This document shows positions 11,870-22,299 of a stretch of DNA of 64,000 nucleotides, one piece after another. Origin of the DNA: an uncultured Phycisphaerales bacterium (GTDB lineage: Bacteria; Planctomycetota; Phycisphaerae; Tepidisphaerales; Tepidisphaeraceae); the NCBI GenBank assembly GCA_963758525.1, contig CAVWVQ010000005.1, positions 160,001 to 224,000 of the forward strand. The letters run 5' to 3'. The notes beneath the pieces are model-generated. The model was not told where the DNA came from, ran no database searches, and was given only the letters and a program-made list of their open reading frames with translations. A program made the translations under genes and the position numbers. The stretch's first letter is position 1. The number at the start of each line of letters is the position of its first letter.

Positions 11870-13095
11870 ATGACTAGCTCGTCGATGAGTCTCTCCCTGA
11901 AAGAATCCTCGCCGGCCTCCGCGGCGCGCCCGGCCGCGGAGAGCATCAGGAAGTTTGCTGTCGCGATGTCGCTGGTCGCGGCGCTTCGCCTCTGTGTGCT
12001 CTGCACCGGGCTGCTGTCGGTGCATCTGGCGCCCAAAGGCACCGAGCCGCTCTTCAACTTTGCCCATCCCTGGCTGGCGTTCGATGCGCGCAGCTACCGC
12101 GAACTGGCTTTGCATGGCTATGCGGCAGACCGGAAGGGCACCCCATATCTTGACGGAACCACATTCACCCTGATCGCATACTTCCCGGCTTGGCCGTTCG
12201 TCAGCAGGGTGCTGTCGTTGATCCTGCCGATCGACGTCGCGATGGTGCTCCTGTCCAATGTCTGTTCAATCATTGGATTCGGCTTCCTATATGCGTGGGC
12301 ACGCCGGCTGGCGGGCGCTCGCGCAGCGTTGATCTGTGTTCTCATCGCCGCCACCTTCCCTGGAGCCGTCTCCTTTGCCGCCGGAATGACCGAGGGCCCG
12401 TTCTTCATGCTGGTCACGATCACCCTCTGGCTGCTGGAAAGCGAACGGTTCTACTCCGCCGCCGTCCTGGCCGGCATCGCGACTGCCACCCGTCCGACGG
12501 GGCTCGCCTTGGCAATGATCGTGCCGATGTACGCATGGCTGCGTCACGGGAGCGTTCCACTGCAAAAGCGAGTGACGACCTTCGCCATCCTCAGCGCGAT
12601 CGGCCTAACCGGGATCGTCGGATACGAAGCGTTCCTATGGCACCGTTACGATTCACCCACGGCATATTTCGAAGCGCAAAAACATTGGAACCACCTGGAA
12701 GAACGAAGGCTTCAAGCCGAGGCTGCGAATCACATCAATCGCCATTCCCCCGACTTTTTCCTCGAAAGCATGACGCGCCCGCAGGTCTGGAATCGGGGGA
12801 TCGCCATCGCAACGCTGATCGTCATTCTCGCCGGACTGCTCAAGCCGGGCGCATTCCCCGCGTCACGTTATTGCTGCCACTGATCATCTTTGTGATGACA
12901 AGTCTTCCGGGACGGGGGCTGCGCATCAGCTCCGTGCCGCGATACGAATCGGCCGCCGCGCCCCTGTTCCTGCTGATCGCAATCTGGCTGTTTCCGCGAC
13001 GCCGGCTGGTCGTTTTGCTCGGTCTCCTCCTGATTCAGTTTTCGATTCAGATCTACTACGCCGCCCTTTTCCCCAGAGAGATCTGGGTTGGCTGA
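11870..13095 (+). CDS. GT-C fold mannosyltransferase-like protein (PIG-V/GT76-like); frameshift near 12850
   Basis: FDARSYRELALHGY, AYFPAWP, FPGAVSF.AGMTEGPF, ATATRPTG, AQKHW. The C-terminus (SVPRY...WVG) is in ORF 12190-13095. Confidence 0.75.
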
Positions 13096-13139
13096 ATGGG
13101 AAGTGAAATCAGCGGTCTTCTCTTACGTCCCAGAGCACG

Positions 13140-13178
13140 CCCGTACCCTTCGCGCGAACGGTGCGCGAAGGGTACGGG
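13140..13178. terminator. 16-bp perfect stem-loop between convergent genes (likely bidirectional terminator)
   Basis: CCCGTACCCTTCGCGC-GAACGGT-GCGCGAAGGGTACGGG. Confidence 0.7.
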
Positions 13179-13199
13179 ACATGAATCCGAGGCGTCAGA

Positions 13200-15533
13200 T
13201 TATGCCAACGCCGCTGCGATGAGATCAACACTGCCGCCGGAGCCGTTGATGTTGGTGCTCTTCACATAGCTGAGCGTCAACTTCTGTCCGGCGGATGCCG
13301 CCTTGTAGGTGATGGTGTAGAGATTCGTGTAAAGCCCGTTGCCCGACGCGGTGATGACAACGTCAGGCGCCGATCCATCGGAGAGATGGGCGGTGAGGGT
13401 GCTGCCGCTGGAGTTGCCGCCGGCATAAACGTACAGCGTTCGCGTGGTCGTGTCGGCAGGAGCCGTGAAGGCGTAGCCCGCGCCGATCGCGTTGTTGGCC
13501 CAGATGTAGCTGTGATCCGAGTCACTCGAGGTGGGGGTGCCGTCGCTCCATTGGACCGTGCGGGAGGAATCGTAATATGCGCCCTCGCTTCCCGAGCCGA
13601 GCACCTGGACGTTGCTGATCTGCGACCCGCCGCTGGCTTTGTGATCGAAGTTGCCGTAGCCGTTGCCGCGGCCCCAATGAGCCCAGTCCCTGGCGCCGAT
13701 CGCGGTGAGGTTGTACGACGAAGCGGCGGACACCATCTTCCCCGAGAAAGAACCCGAGCCCGACGAAGTATTTGAGCTGCTCGGAGTGCTCGTCTGTGCG
13801 GGGGCCGAATTCGTCGAACCACCCGTCAGATACGCCGCGACCAGGTCCGCGCTGCCGTTGGTGCCGACCACGTTGGCGGTTTTCAGCAGCGTGACGGTCA
13901 GATGCTGATTGGCCGACGACGCGTGATACGTGATCGTGTACTGCTTGGTGTAGATCCCCGAGGCAGAGCTGGTGGCGGTGAAGTCCGCCGACGACCCATC
14001 GGAGAGATGAGCCGTGAGCGTCGTTCCCGTGTTGTTGCCGCCTGCGATGACCGTCAACGTCCGGGTGGTCGTGTCGGCCGGAACGTTGAACGAAAAGCCC
14101 GTGTTCAGGGCGCCATTGCTCCAGATATAGCCGTTGTCATTGGAGTCCGAACCCGCCGGGCTTCCGTCGCTCCACGATGCACTGCGCGAGCCGTCGGAAT
14201 AACCCCCGGAGTTGGCTCCGCTGCCGACGGTGCTCACATTGGAGATCTGCGATCCGCCGCTCGATTTATGATCGAAGTTGCCGGAATTGCCGCCGCGGCC
14301 CCAGTGTGCCCAGTCGCTGCTGCCCAGCGACGTGAGATTGTACGACGAGGGCGCGTTGGCAACCTGGCCGGACAGCGAGTTGCTGCCGGAGGAAACCGTC
14401 GTGGTCGGCGTTGTGGAGGTGTTGGTGTTGGTGTTGGTGTTTGTCGAACCGGATGACGCCTGCACGTTTGCGCCGGCGTTCGTCGGCATCGAAGGAGGAT
14501 TGGAACTGCCGAGGGAAACGAGGTGATCGCCCGAACCGCTGATCGGCCCGATGTTCCACGGGACGCTGTCCAACGCAGAGCGCTGTCCGCCGACCACCGT
14601 GTTGTTATTGCTGCTGACGCCGCCGTAAGCGCCGTTCAGAATGTAATTTCCCCAGTTCCAGACATAATTGTTGTTCATGGTAATACCGCTGTACCCCATG
14701 ATCTCCACAGCGGATTTGGCCCACACCTGCACGTTTTGCGCCGGTCCGCTCTGAACCAGCACGTTGTTGCTGATGTTGATGTTCTGACCCTGGTCGGTGT
14801 ACGGCGCGTTCCCGCTGCCGCCATCCGTGCAGGAGATGCCGATATGTGAATCCTCGCCACCCGAACCCTGCTGGAGCCAGTCGCTCATGTAGTTGTTGGT
14901 GACGGTCAGATTATTGATCGAGTGCTGCAATTCGAAGCCGAAGCGGGTCGCATGCGTGACGACGTTGCCCGAGATCTCCAGCCCGTTGGCGGGGGAGTAG
15001 GAAACAAAGTGGATCGGCTCGATGACGTAATCAAAACGGTTATTGTCGACCTTGTTCCCTCCGGAGGGATAACCGTAGACGCCGCAGTTCAGATTGGTGA
15101 ACGTATTGTTGCTGACGCTGCTGTTGGCCATTGCGGTGTTGACGAATCCGCCGGCCGTTGACGAGTTTTCGACGAGGTTGTTGTGGAAATTGAGATTGTT
15201 CGTGTAGTCGGCCGAGACTTCCGCGCCGTTGAAGACAAATCCCGAGAGATTGACGTTGCTGGTGTAGCCGACGTTCACGATCGACCCGCTCCCGCCCTGG
15301 AAGACCGCGCCATTGCCCACGTACGTGCGGTTCCCCGGCAACTGCACCGTCGCACCTCCGTTTACCCCATAGGTGCCCGAAGAGAAATTAATCGTGTCCC
15401 CGTTATTGCTCCCATTGATGGCGGCAATGTAATTCCCGGGGTTCACGTTCACGACGCTGAACATCTGTCGTGCTTCGAGCCTCTCGGTGTGAACGGAGCA
15501 GCGAACGAAGCGCTGTTTGCGCTGAAATCCCAT
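13200..15533 (-). CDS. Secreted LEPRxLL-type protein with right-handed parallel beta-helix, Ser/Thr linker and two DWAHWG repeat domains
   Basis: RBS AAGGAGG before ATG 15533; ERLEARQMFS; GDTINFSSGTY followed by Asn-ladder repeats (ISGNVV, VTNNYM, ISNNVL). C-terminal domains are near-identical to those of copy 2. Confidence 0.85.
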   Translation of the reverse strand: MGFQRKQRFVRCSVHTERLEARQMFSVVNVNPGNYIAAINGSNNGDTINFSSGTYGVNGGATVQLPGNRTYVGNGAVFQGGSGSIVNVGYTSNVNLSGFVFNGAEVSADYTNNLNFHNNLVENSSTAGGFVNTAMANSSVSNNTFTNLNCGVYGYPSGGNKVDNNRFDYVIEPIHFVSYSPANGLEISGNVVTHATRFGFELQHSINNLTVTNNYMSDWLQQGSGGEDSHIGISCTDGGSGNAPYTDQGQNINISNNVLVQSGPAQNVQVWAKSAVEIMGYSGITMNNNYVWNWGNYILNGAYGGVSSNNNTVVGGQRSALDSVPWNIGPISGSGDHLVSLGSSNPPSMPTNAGANVQASSGSTNTNTNTNTSTTPTTTVSSGSNSLSGQVANAPSSYNLTSLGSSDWAHWGRGGNSGNFDHKSSGGSQISNVSTVGSGANSGGYSDGSRSASWSDGSPAGSDSNDNGYIWSNGALNTGFSFNVPADTTTRTLTVIAGGNNTGTTLTAHLSDGSSADFTATSSASGIYTKQYTITYHASSANQHLTVTLLKTANVVGTNGSADLVAAYLTGGSTNSAPAQTSTPSSSNTSSGSGSFSGKMVSAASSYNLTAIGARDWAHWGRGNGYGNFDHKASGGSQISNVQVLGSGSEGAYYDSSRTVQWSDGTPTSSDSDHSYIWANNAIGAGYAFTAPADTTTRTLYVYAGGNSSGSTLTAHLSDGSAPDVVITASGNGLYTNLYTITYKAASAGQKLTLSYVKSTNINGSGGSVDLIAAALA

Positions 15534-16481
15534 TTTGCCTCCTTGGCGGTTATCGAAGGCTGTGGAATCGGCCTGCGCACGGGCGGCAAGCGTCCAGCCT
15601 TCGGGGTGCAACGACTCAGTTGTGATTGCGGGGATCGGAATGATGTTCACCAATCCCGCGAGTCGGCTTATAGCGGCATCTCCAAACGATGTCAGCCCAA
15701 ATCCAGACGAAAAATAAAAAAATTTGCCGCGCGATTCATACACGTGCTGTTGTTTCACGCGGATATGGACAGCAATAATTTGAAATCGTCTAGCAATAAT
15801 ATGCTATGGCGAAAAGACCCTCCCCGCCGGGTGCAGTCTCCGCGCGCGAAGCTGAAAAACGCGTGGAAACAAGGGGTCTGCGGCCGTGATTTCCCTGAAA
15901 TTAAAATCGACGATCACGTCATTCGCCCGTTGTTGCGGGAAGGTTCAGGCGACGCCTCAAGTCCGTGATTCGCGGGCGCCGCAGCGCGCCCCCCGTGGCG
16001 GCAAAAAAAATTTGCTATCCCTCCCCCGAATTGGGTTGTTGAATCCAACAAAGCAATTCCGCATCCGCTGTGCAATATAAAGCACGAACCCAATGTTTGC
16101 AGTGAGCTAAAAGGGGACATGATCAAAAATGCCTATGTTGAATCGAAAATATATATTTTTTCCGCTGCCCAGGTGGTGAAACTGTCAGTTTCGGCAACTT
16201 AGGTGTATGAGATAAAAGGCTGACTCCAGAGCGGAGAAAAAAACTCAAAAAAAATCCAGATGGTGCGGTGCAATGGCACAGGAAAAAAATCTTTTATTTT
16301 TGAGATGACTGGGCCGCGTCCGGAGGCCCCCGGCAAACGTGCGTTCTCCTAAAGAAACGCCCGACAAGGCTGCCGTATTTAACATGCGGAGAACGCGGGC
16401 ATCATCCCGGCCTCTCTGCTACCATTGGCCGCACCTTCCTGGCGGCGTTCGGGATCGTGCGGCAGGAACGAGGCAACGCTT

Positions 16482-17807
16482 ATGTCCGAGAAAATTATCC
16501 GCGATCCGGTGCACGACGTGATCGCGTTCCGAACCTCCCGTCCCGCCGAGATGCTCCTCTTCAAGCTGCTGGGAGCTGCCGAATTCCAACGCCTGCGCCG
16601 CGTGCGCCAGTTGGGCATGGCTCACCTGGCTTACCCGGGCGCAGATCATTCGCGTTACGGACACAGTCTGGGTGCGATGGAGACCGCGCGCCGCATCCTC
16701 GATTGCCTGCGGCGGGATCACCCCATCGACGAAGCCGGCGAAGTCGTCTGCCTTGCGGCAGTGCTGCTTCACGACCTCGGGCACGGCCCGTTCAGTCACG
16801 TCTTTGAACGCGTCAGTGGCATTCATCACGAAAAGATCACCCGCCAGATCATCGAAGACGCGGACGGGGAGGTTTATCAGTTGCTTGCCGAGTACGATCC
16901 GCAACTGCCGCGCAAGGTAGCCGACCTGCTGGGAGATTCCGGTCCGCCGTCACTCTTCCACGACATTCTCTCCAGCCAGCTCGACGCCGATCGGCTCGAT
17001 TATCTGCTGCGCGACAACCTCATGACCGGAAGCCGTTATGGCGACTATGATCTCAACTGGCTTCTGCACGCGCTGACGGTCGATCAGGCGACTAATCGCC
17101 TCGCCATCACGTGGAAGGGGATCAGTGCCGTCGAGGCGTATCTGCAATCGCGTTATCACATGTATCGCAATGTCTATTTTCACAAGGTCGTCCGCAGTGC
17201 CGAGGGAATGGTGAAGCTCGCGCTGCAACGCGCCAAAAGACTGGCCGTTCAGGACCGTCTTCCGTGGCCTTTGCGGGAACAGGTCGTTTTCAAAGCCCTG
17301 CTCGGACAGCGCCTGAGCACCGCGGAGTTCACCGACCTCGACGACGTCTCGTTGATGCACTGTTTCAAAGTCTGGTCGACCTCCGACGACGCGCCGCTCG
17401 CCGGCCTGTGTCGAGGATTGCTCTACCGCAGGCTTTTCAAAACGATCGATCTGACCTCGCTGGAGCAACAATCTGCAACCGCCGCCGCGGCCGCCGCCGC
17501 CGCGGCGATCGAAGCAGCCGGCGGAGATCCCCAGTATGACCTGATTTACGATCAGCCGGCGGACACCCCGTACGAACTCGGCCTTCACTCCCAGGACATC
17601 GAGATTCAAGTCCGCGACCCCAGCGGCCGGCTCGTTCCGTTCGCTTCTCTTTCTCCGCTCCCGGCCGCGCTCAATCAGCGGCTAGAATTCCGCCGCCTTC
17701 ACGTGGCCGAACCATGGAAGCAGATCGCCCTGCGCAGACTGAACCTTTTCTGCAGAGATGCTGAGCTTCGAAAATCACCGCTCAAACGCCGCTTCGTTCG
17801 CCGGTAA
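16482..17807 (+). CDS. HD-domain phosphohydrolase (SAMHD1/dNTPase-like family)
   Basis: IRDPVH, FQRLRRVRQLG, YPGADHSRYGHSLG, LLHDLGHGPFSH, LDADRLDYLLRD, MYRNVYFHK. Confidence 0.9.
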   Translation: MSEKIIRDPVHDVIAFRTSRPAEMLLFKLLGAAEFQRLRRVRQLGMAHLAYPGADHSRYGHSLGAMETARRILDCLRRDHPIDEAGEVVCLAAVLLHDLGHGPFSHVFERVSGIHHEKITRQIIEDADGEVYQLLAEYDPQLPRKVADLLGDSGPPSLFHDILSSQLDADRLDYLLRDNLMTGSRYGDYDLNWLLHALTVDQATNRLAITWKGISAVEAYLQSRYHMYRNVYFHKVVRSAEGMVKLALQRAKRLAVQDRLPWPLREQVVFKALLGQRLSTAEFTDLDDVSLMHCFKVWSTSDDAPLAGLCRGLLYRRLFKTIDLTSLEQQSATAAAAAAAAAIEAAGGDPQYDLIYDQPADTPYELGLHSQDIEIQVRDPSGRLVPFASLSPLPAALNQRLEFRRLHVAEPWKQIALRRLNLFCRDAELRKSPLKRRFVRR

Positions 17808-18341
17808 GTTCTGCTCCTTCAAATGCTCGATCAGCAGCGACACATAACTCGCCTTGATCGCCGGCCGTGCGCTCAGCCCGAGCGATTCCCGGACGCGCAT
17901 CACCGCTGATTCACCCGGTCCCTCAATCTCGACAAACCGCCCCAGCCTCGGCAGTTCGTCCAATTCCACCTTGCAATCCGCCAGTTCCCACGTTTCCCGA
18001 TGTTTCTCAAATGTGAAGACCGGACCGTAACCAAGCGTCCCCAGAAATCGCAACGCTTCGTCCACGCTGGCAACGGTCAATTCGTTTTCCTCCCGGCTCT
18101 TGAGCGGCCCGGGCTGAAGCGGACCCTTGATCGTCAGAACCACGTCCTCGCTTTGATCGGCCAGATTGCGATTGACGCGGACGCGCAGTCCCTTTCCGGA
18201 CCGCTGCAACGCGTGATCGGCCGTGTCGAGAATGTGATTGATCTCGAACACCTTGCTGACCTGCCGCGCGCCGCTCGCAACCAGAGCGCTGCGTACGGCG
18301 TCGTGATCCTCCACCGCCATCTTCGCTTCGATTTCCACCAT
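17775..18341 (-). CDS. CYTH domain protein (class IV adenylate cyclase-like)
   Basis: EIEAK (ExExK), LRVR, TIKGP, REENE, FEKHRETW, FVEIEG, SY. Confidence 0.9.
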   Translation of the reverse strand: MVEIEAKMAVEDHDAVRSALVASGARQVSKVFEINHILDTADHALQRSGKGLRVRVNRNLADQSEDVVLTIKGPLQPGPLKSREENELTVASVDEALRFLGTLGYGPVFTFEKHRETWELADCKVELDELPRLGRFVEIEGPGESAVMRVRESLGLSARPAIKASYVSLLIEHLKEQNLPANEAAFER

Positions 18342-18465
18342 ACTGTAAAACGGGTTTCTCACCCGTTCCCGCTGCTATTGGAGAGAGAAACCCCCGATCC
18401 CTGCTTCCCATCCACTTCCGTCCAAATGTCCGCCGCCACGGACGGGTTGGAAGCCGGTGCTACCG

Positions 18466-21390
18466 TCAAACGACCACAAAATTCACCAGCTTCTTCGGCA
18501 CATACAACTTCTTCCTCATCGATTTGCCCTCGATCCACGGCCGCACCTTCTCCGCTCTGATCGCCATTTCCAGGATCGACGCCTCGTCCGCGTCCTGCGC
18601 CACGGTAATCTTGTCCCGCAGCTTCCCGTTCACCTGAACCGGCAATTCCATCGTCGACTCGATGAGCTTGCTTTCGTCCACCGTCGGCCAGGGCCTGTGC
18701 GACAGACTGCGGTGGTGCCCAAGCCGTTCCCACAACTCCTCGGCAATGTGCGGCGCAAATGGCGCAAGCATCAGCACCAGATTCTCCGCCAGTTCGCGGG
18801 GCACACCGGAAAGACCGGTGATTGCGTTGTTCAACTTGATCAACTCCGCGATCGCCGTGTTAAAACGCAAAACAGCAATGTCGTCGGCAACTTTTTTGAT
18901 GGTCCGGTGCATCTGCCGCTCCAGTGCCTCGGGGATCGCGCCGTCAACCACGCGCATCGGCGCATTCTGATCTTCGCTGTCGCCTGCCAGATTGCGCCAA
19001 ACGGAGTTGAGGAATCGTGACATCCCGACGATGTCGCGCGTATTCCACGGCTTCTGCGCCTCCAGCGGACCCAGATACATTTCATAGAGCCGGAATGCGT
19101 CGGCTCCATAGTCCCCGACGATCCGGTCGGGGTTGACCACGTTGCCGCGGCTTTTGCTCATCTTGAAACTGCGGCCGTCCACTCGAATCCCCGTCTCTCC
19201 GCGCAGCCGATATCCTTCGCTCGATTTCTCGATATCCTGTTCCGTCAGCCGCCGTCCGATCAGCCGCTCTCCCGTCGTCTGATGAAACGCGATCACCTTC
19301 ACCCCCTCTTCGTCCGCCTCTTCCTCGACATCGCGCACATCGCTCAAGCTGACCAACGCGCCCGTTGCTGTCTCGAATACCTGATATTCCGTCTCGCCCA
19401 GGATCAATCCCTGATTGATCAGCCGCGCGAACGGCTCGGCCGTGCTGACGTGTCCCAGATCGAACAGCACCTTGTGCCAGAACCGCGCGTACAGCAGATG
19501 CAGCACCGCGTGCTCGACGCCGCCGATGTAGAGATCGACCGGCATCCAGTATCGCTCCTTCGCCCGGTCCACAAACGCGCTCTCATTGAGCGGATCGATA
19601 TACCTCAGGTAATACCAGCACGAACCCGCCCATTGAGGCATCGTGTTGGTTTCGCGCGTGTACTGTTTCCCGTCAATCTCCACGCGCATCCAGTCCTTCG
19701 CTTTGCTTAACGGCGGCTCCGGCGTGCCCGTCGGACGAAAGTCGGTCAGCTCCGGCAACGTCACCGGCAGCGCCGACTCCGGGAGCGCATGCGCATTCCC
19801 CTGGTCATCCAGCACCAGCGGAAAGGGTTCGCCCCAATACCGCTGCCGGCTGAAAAGCCAGTCGCGCAACTTATAATTCACCGACCCGTGCCCGACCTCC
19901 TTCTCCTCCAGCAGGGCGATCATCTTCTCTTTCGCCGCAGCGGTCGGAAGCCCGTTCAGCTCCCCTGAGTTCACCGCAATTCCCTCTTTTGTATATGCAG
20001 CGCTCCCGGGGACATCCGAACCGTCCGCCGGCGCCACGACGATGCGAATCGGCAGATTGAATTTGACGGCGAACTCGTAATCCCGCTCATCGTGCCCTGG
20101 AACCGCCATGATCGCGCCCGTGCCGTAGCCCATCAGCACGTAGTCCGCGATGTAAATTGGGAGCCGTTCACCGTTGACCGGATTAATCGCAAACGCCCCG
20201 AGGAAAACGCCCGACTTGTCTTTTGTTTCGATCTGCCGATCGCGCTCGCTCTTGCCCGCCACGACCGTGCGATACGCTTCAATCGTCTCGCGGTGCGCAT
20301 CAGGCGTGATGCGATCCACCAGGGGATGCTCCGGCGCCAGCACCAGGTACGTCGCCCCATACAGGGTGTCCGGCCGGGTCGTGAAGACGGTGAGGGTCAG
20401 CTCTTCGTCAGCATCGTCGTCGATCTCGCCGCGACGTTCGTCGCTCGCGATCGTCTTCGCGTCCGGCGGAGCGATCTCAAAATCCACCTCCGCGCCGATG
20501 CTCCTTCCGATCCAGTTCCGCTGCATCTCCTTGAGCGATTCGGGCCATTGCAGCGTATCCAGGTCGGCGAGCAGCCGATCCGCGTACGCCGTGATGCGCA
20601 GCATCCACTGCCGCATCGGCCGTCGCTCAACCGCAAACCCGCCCACCTCGCTCTTGCCGTCGATCACTTCTTCATTGGACAAAACCGTTCCCAGCCCCGG
20701 ACACCAATTGACCGGCACCTCATCCGTATACGCCAATCGCTGCGCGTCGATCACGTCGCGCTGCTCCTGGGGCGGCAGTTCTCGCCACAGCCGCTCGACG
20801 CGCACGTCCCCGCTCACCTCCTGCAATCCCTCCGCCACCGGATTCAGCACCACCGTGTTATCCGGCGCGACCACCAGCGACTCATTCAACAGCGCCTCGC
20901 GCAGGTGCGCAATGGGCATTGCCTTTTGGCTGATGGGATCGAAATAGCTGTTGAACAGTTGCAGGAAGATCCACTGCGTCCAGCGGTAATATTTCGGATC
21001 GGTGGTATCGACCTCGCGATCCCAGTCGTAGCTGAGACCCAGCATCTGGATCTGCCGCCGAAAGTTCGCGATGTTGTTCTCGGTGGTTTCCCGCGGGTGC
21101 GTGTTGTTCTTGATGGCATACTGCTCTGCCGGCAACCCAAACGCGTCCCATCCCATCGGATGCAGCACGTTGTACCCCTTCATCCGCAGGTAGCGCGACA
21201 CGATATCCGTGGCCGTATAACCCTCCGGATGCCCAACATGGAGCCCCGCGCCGCTGGGGTAAGGGAACATGTCCAGCACGTACGCTTTGGGCATCCCCCC
21301 GGCATCCTGCGGCTCCAGCGCCCGGAATGTCTTGTTCTCCAGCCAGTAGCGCTGCCATTTCTTCTCAATTGACGTGAAGTTATAGGCCAT
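18466..21390 (-). CDS. leuS: Leucine--tRNA ligase
   Basis: [49 protein letters not shown]-terminal [13 protein letters not shown]. Confidence 0.98.
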   Translation of the reverse strand: MAYNFTSIEKKWQRYWLENKTFRALEPQDAGGMPKAYVLDMFPYPSGAGLHVGHPEGYTATDIVSRYLRMKGYNVLHPMGWDAFGLPAEQYAIKNNTHPRETTENNIANFRRQIQMLGLSYDWDREVDTTDPKYYRWTQWIFLQLFNSYFDPISQKAMPIAHLREALLNESLVVAPDNTVVLNPVAEGLQEVSGDVRVERLWRELPPQEQRDVIDAQRLAYTDEVPVNWCPGLGTVLSNEEVIDGKSEVGGFAVERRPMRQWMLRITAYADRLLADLDTLQWPESLKEMQRNWIGRSIGAEVDFEIAPPDAKTIASDERRGEIDDDADEELTLTVFTTRPDTLYGATYLVLAPEHPLVDRITPDAHRETIEAYRTVVAGKSERDRQIETKDKSGVFLGAFAINPVNGERLPIYIADYVLMGYGTGAIMAVPGHDERDYEFAVKFNLPIRIVVAPADGSDVPGSAAYTKEGIAVNSGELNGLPTAAAKEKMIALLEEKEVGHGSVNYKLRDWLFSRQRYWGEPFPLVLDDQGNAHALPESALPVTLPELTDFRPTGTPEPPLSKAKDWMRVEIDGKQYTRETNTMPQWAGSCWYYLRYIDPLNESAFVDRAKERYWMPVDLYIGGVEHAVLHLLYARFWHKVLFDLGHVSTAEPFARLINQGLILGETEYQVFETATGALVSLSDVRDVEEEADEEGVKVIAFHQTTGERLIGRRLTEQDIEKSSEGYRLRGETGIRVDGRSFKMSKSRGNVVNPDRIVGDYGADAFRLYEMYLGPLEAQKPWNTRDIVGMSRFLNSVWRNLAGDSEDQNAPMRVVDGAIPEALERQMHRTIKKVADDIAVLRFNTAIAELIKLNNAITGLSGVPRELAENLVLMLAPFAPHIAEELWERLGHHRSLSHRPWPTVDESKLIESTMELPVQVNGKLRDKITVAQDADEASILEMAIRAEKVRPWIEGKSMRKKLYVPKKLVNFVVV

Positions 21391-21457
21391 GGGCTGTCGT
21401 GTTCCTTTGCGCAAAAAGCTAAGGCGTCATCATCCATGAGCGTCACTGAAAAATCGA

Positions 21458-21645
21458 GCGGGGATAGCAAAAACCCGAACGAAGAAATGGGAAATGTGGA
21501 TCAAAATCCGAAGAATTCCACCCCCAGAGGGGGTGGCTTTTCTGATGCGCCTGAAAGCCACCCCCTCCGGGGGTGGAGCATCCTTTTGATCTATTCCTCG
21601 TTTGGGGTTTCGTCTTTTGCCCCCTTCGAATTCTCGCTATCCCGC
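21458..21645. repeat. REP doublet (REPIN-like) within a long imperfect inverted repeat
   Basis: TCCACCCCCAGAGGGGGTGGCTTT (21517-21540) is inverted against AAAGCCACCCCCTCCGGGGGTGGA (21554-21577), 1 mismatch. The outer arms are also complementary. Confidence 0.8.
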
Positions 21646-21696
21646 CCCTCCCTCCGCCTATAACAAAAATTCCACGCATCTTCTCAAGTTTTCCTC

Positions 21697-21723
21697 CAAG
21701 GCCGAGGCGAACCGTTCCGATAA
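21697..21723 (+). promoter_or_regulatory. Putative sigma-28-like promoter of the PilZ gene
   Basis: CAAG-N15-TCCGATAA, compared with the FliA consensus TAAA-N15-GCCGATAA. Confidence 0.45.
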
Positions 21724-21814
21724 CCACCATGGGAGACGACCCGCAACCCGTGGCGAACACTCCCGCCGGACTTTTCCCACGGGCTGCTGAGTCGAGATCG
21801 ACGGAGGTATCGCT

Positions 21815-22195
21815 ATGACACTGTTACTCTCTACAGCCGACTTGGAACTGAACGACGAGCCCGGCTCTGAGCGGCGGCGCGGATTGCGCATCCGCCAGCA
21901 GCGTCCCGTGAAAATTTTCGAACCCATGGCCGGCCGATACTTCGGCGGGCAGACCGAAGACGTCAGCTCCACCGGGCTGCGCCTCGAACTGCCTGTCTCT
22001 GCCAGCGTCCGTCCCGGCGAATCGCTCAACATTCACGTCGGCCTCAACGAGAACGGCCAGTCCCTCGCCAACCGGCGCCAGATGCTCGCGGCCCGCGTCG
22101 TCTGGGTCAGCCGCAATCGCTCCCGCAAAACCGGCAAAATGGAGGCCGGCGTCGAATTCCTCTCCAGCATCGCCGCCCATCTGGACGCGGCCTGA
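21815..22195 (+). CDS. PilZ domain protein (c-di-GMP receptor)
   Basis: RBS GGAGGT; RRGLR (RxxxR) and DVSSTG (DxSxxG); ARVVW and GVEF. Confidence 0.85.
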   Translation: MTLLLSTADLELNDEPGSERRRGLRIRQQRPVKIFEPMAGRYFGGQTEDVSSTGLRLELPVSASVRPGESLNIHVGLNENGQSLANRRQMLAARVVWVSRNRSRKTGKMEAGVEFLSSIAAHLDAA

Positions 22196-22299
22196 ACTCA
22201 ACGAGAAGCGCAGAAGCCAGGAGTCTGTGGATCTCCCAAAGCCAGCGGATTGCCATCAGTTGGGACTTGATCTGGGCTTTGACCGCTCGAGCCTCTCGA

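Noticed and set aside
15700..16330. AT-rich spacer as oriC
   Set aside because: Only weak, scattered DnaA-box-like matches and no cluster; cannot be supported without GC skew.
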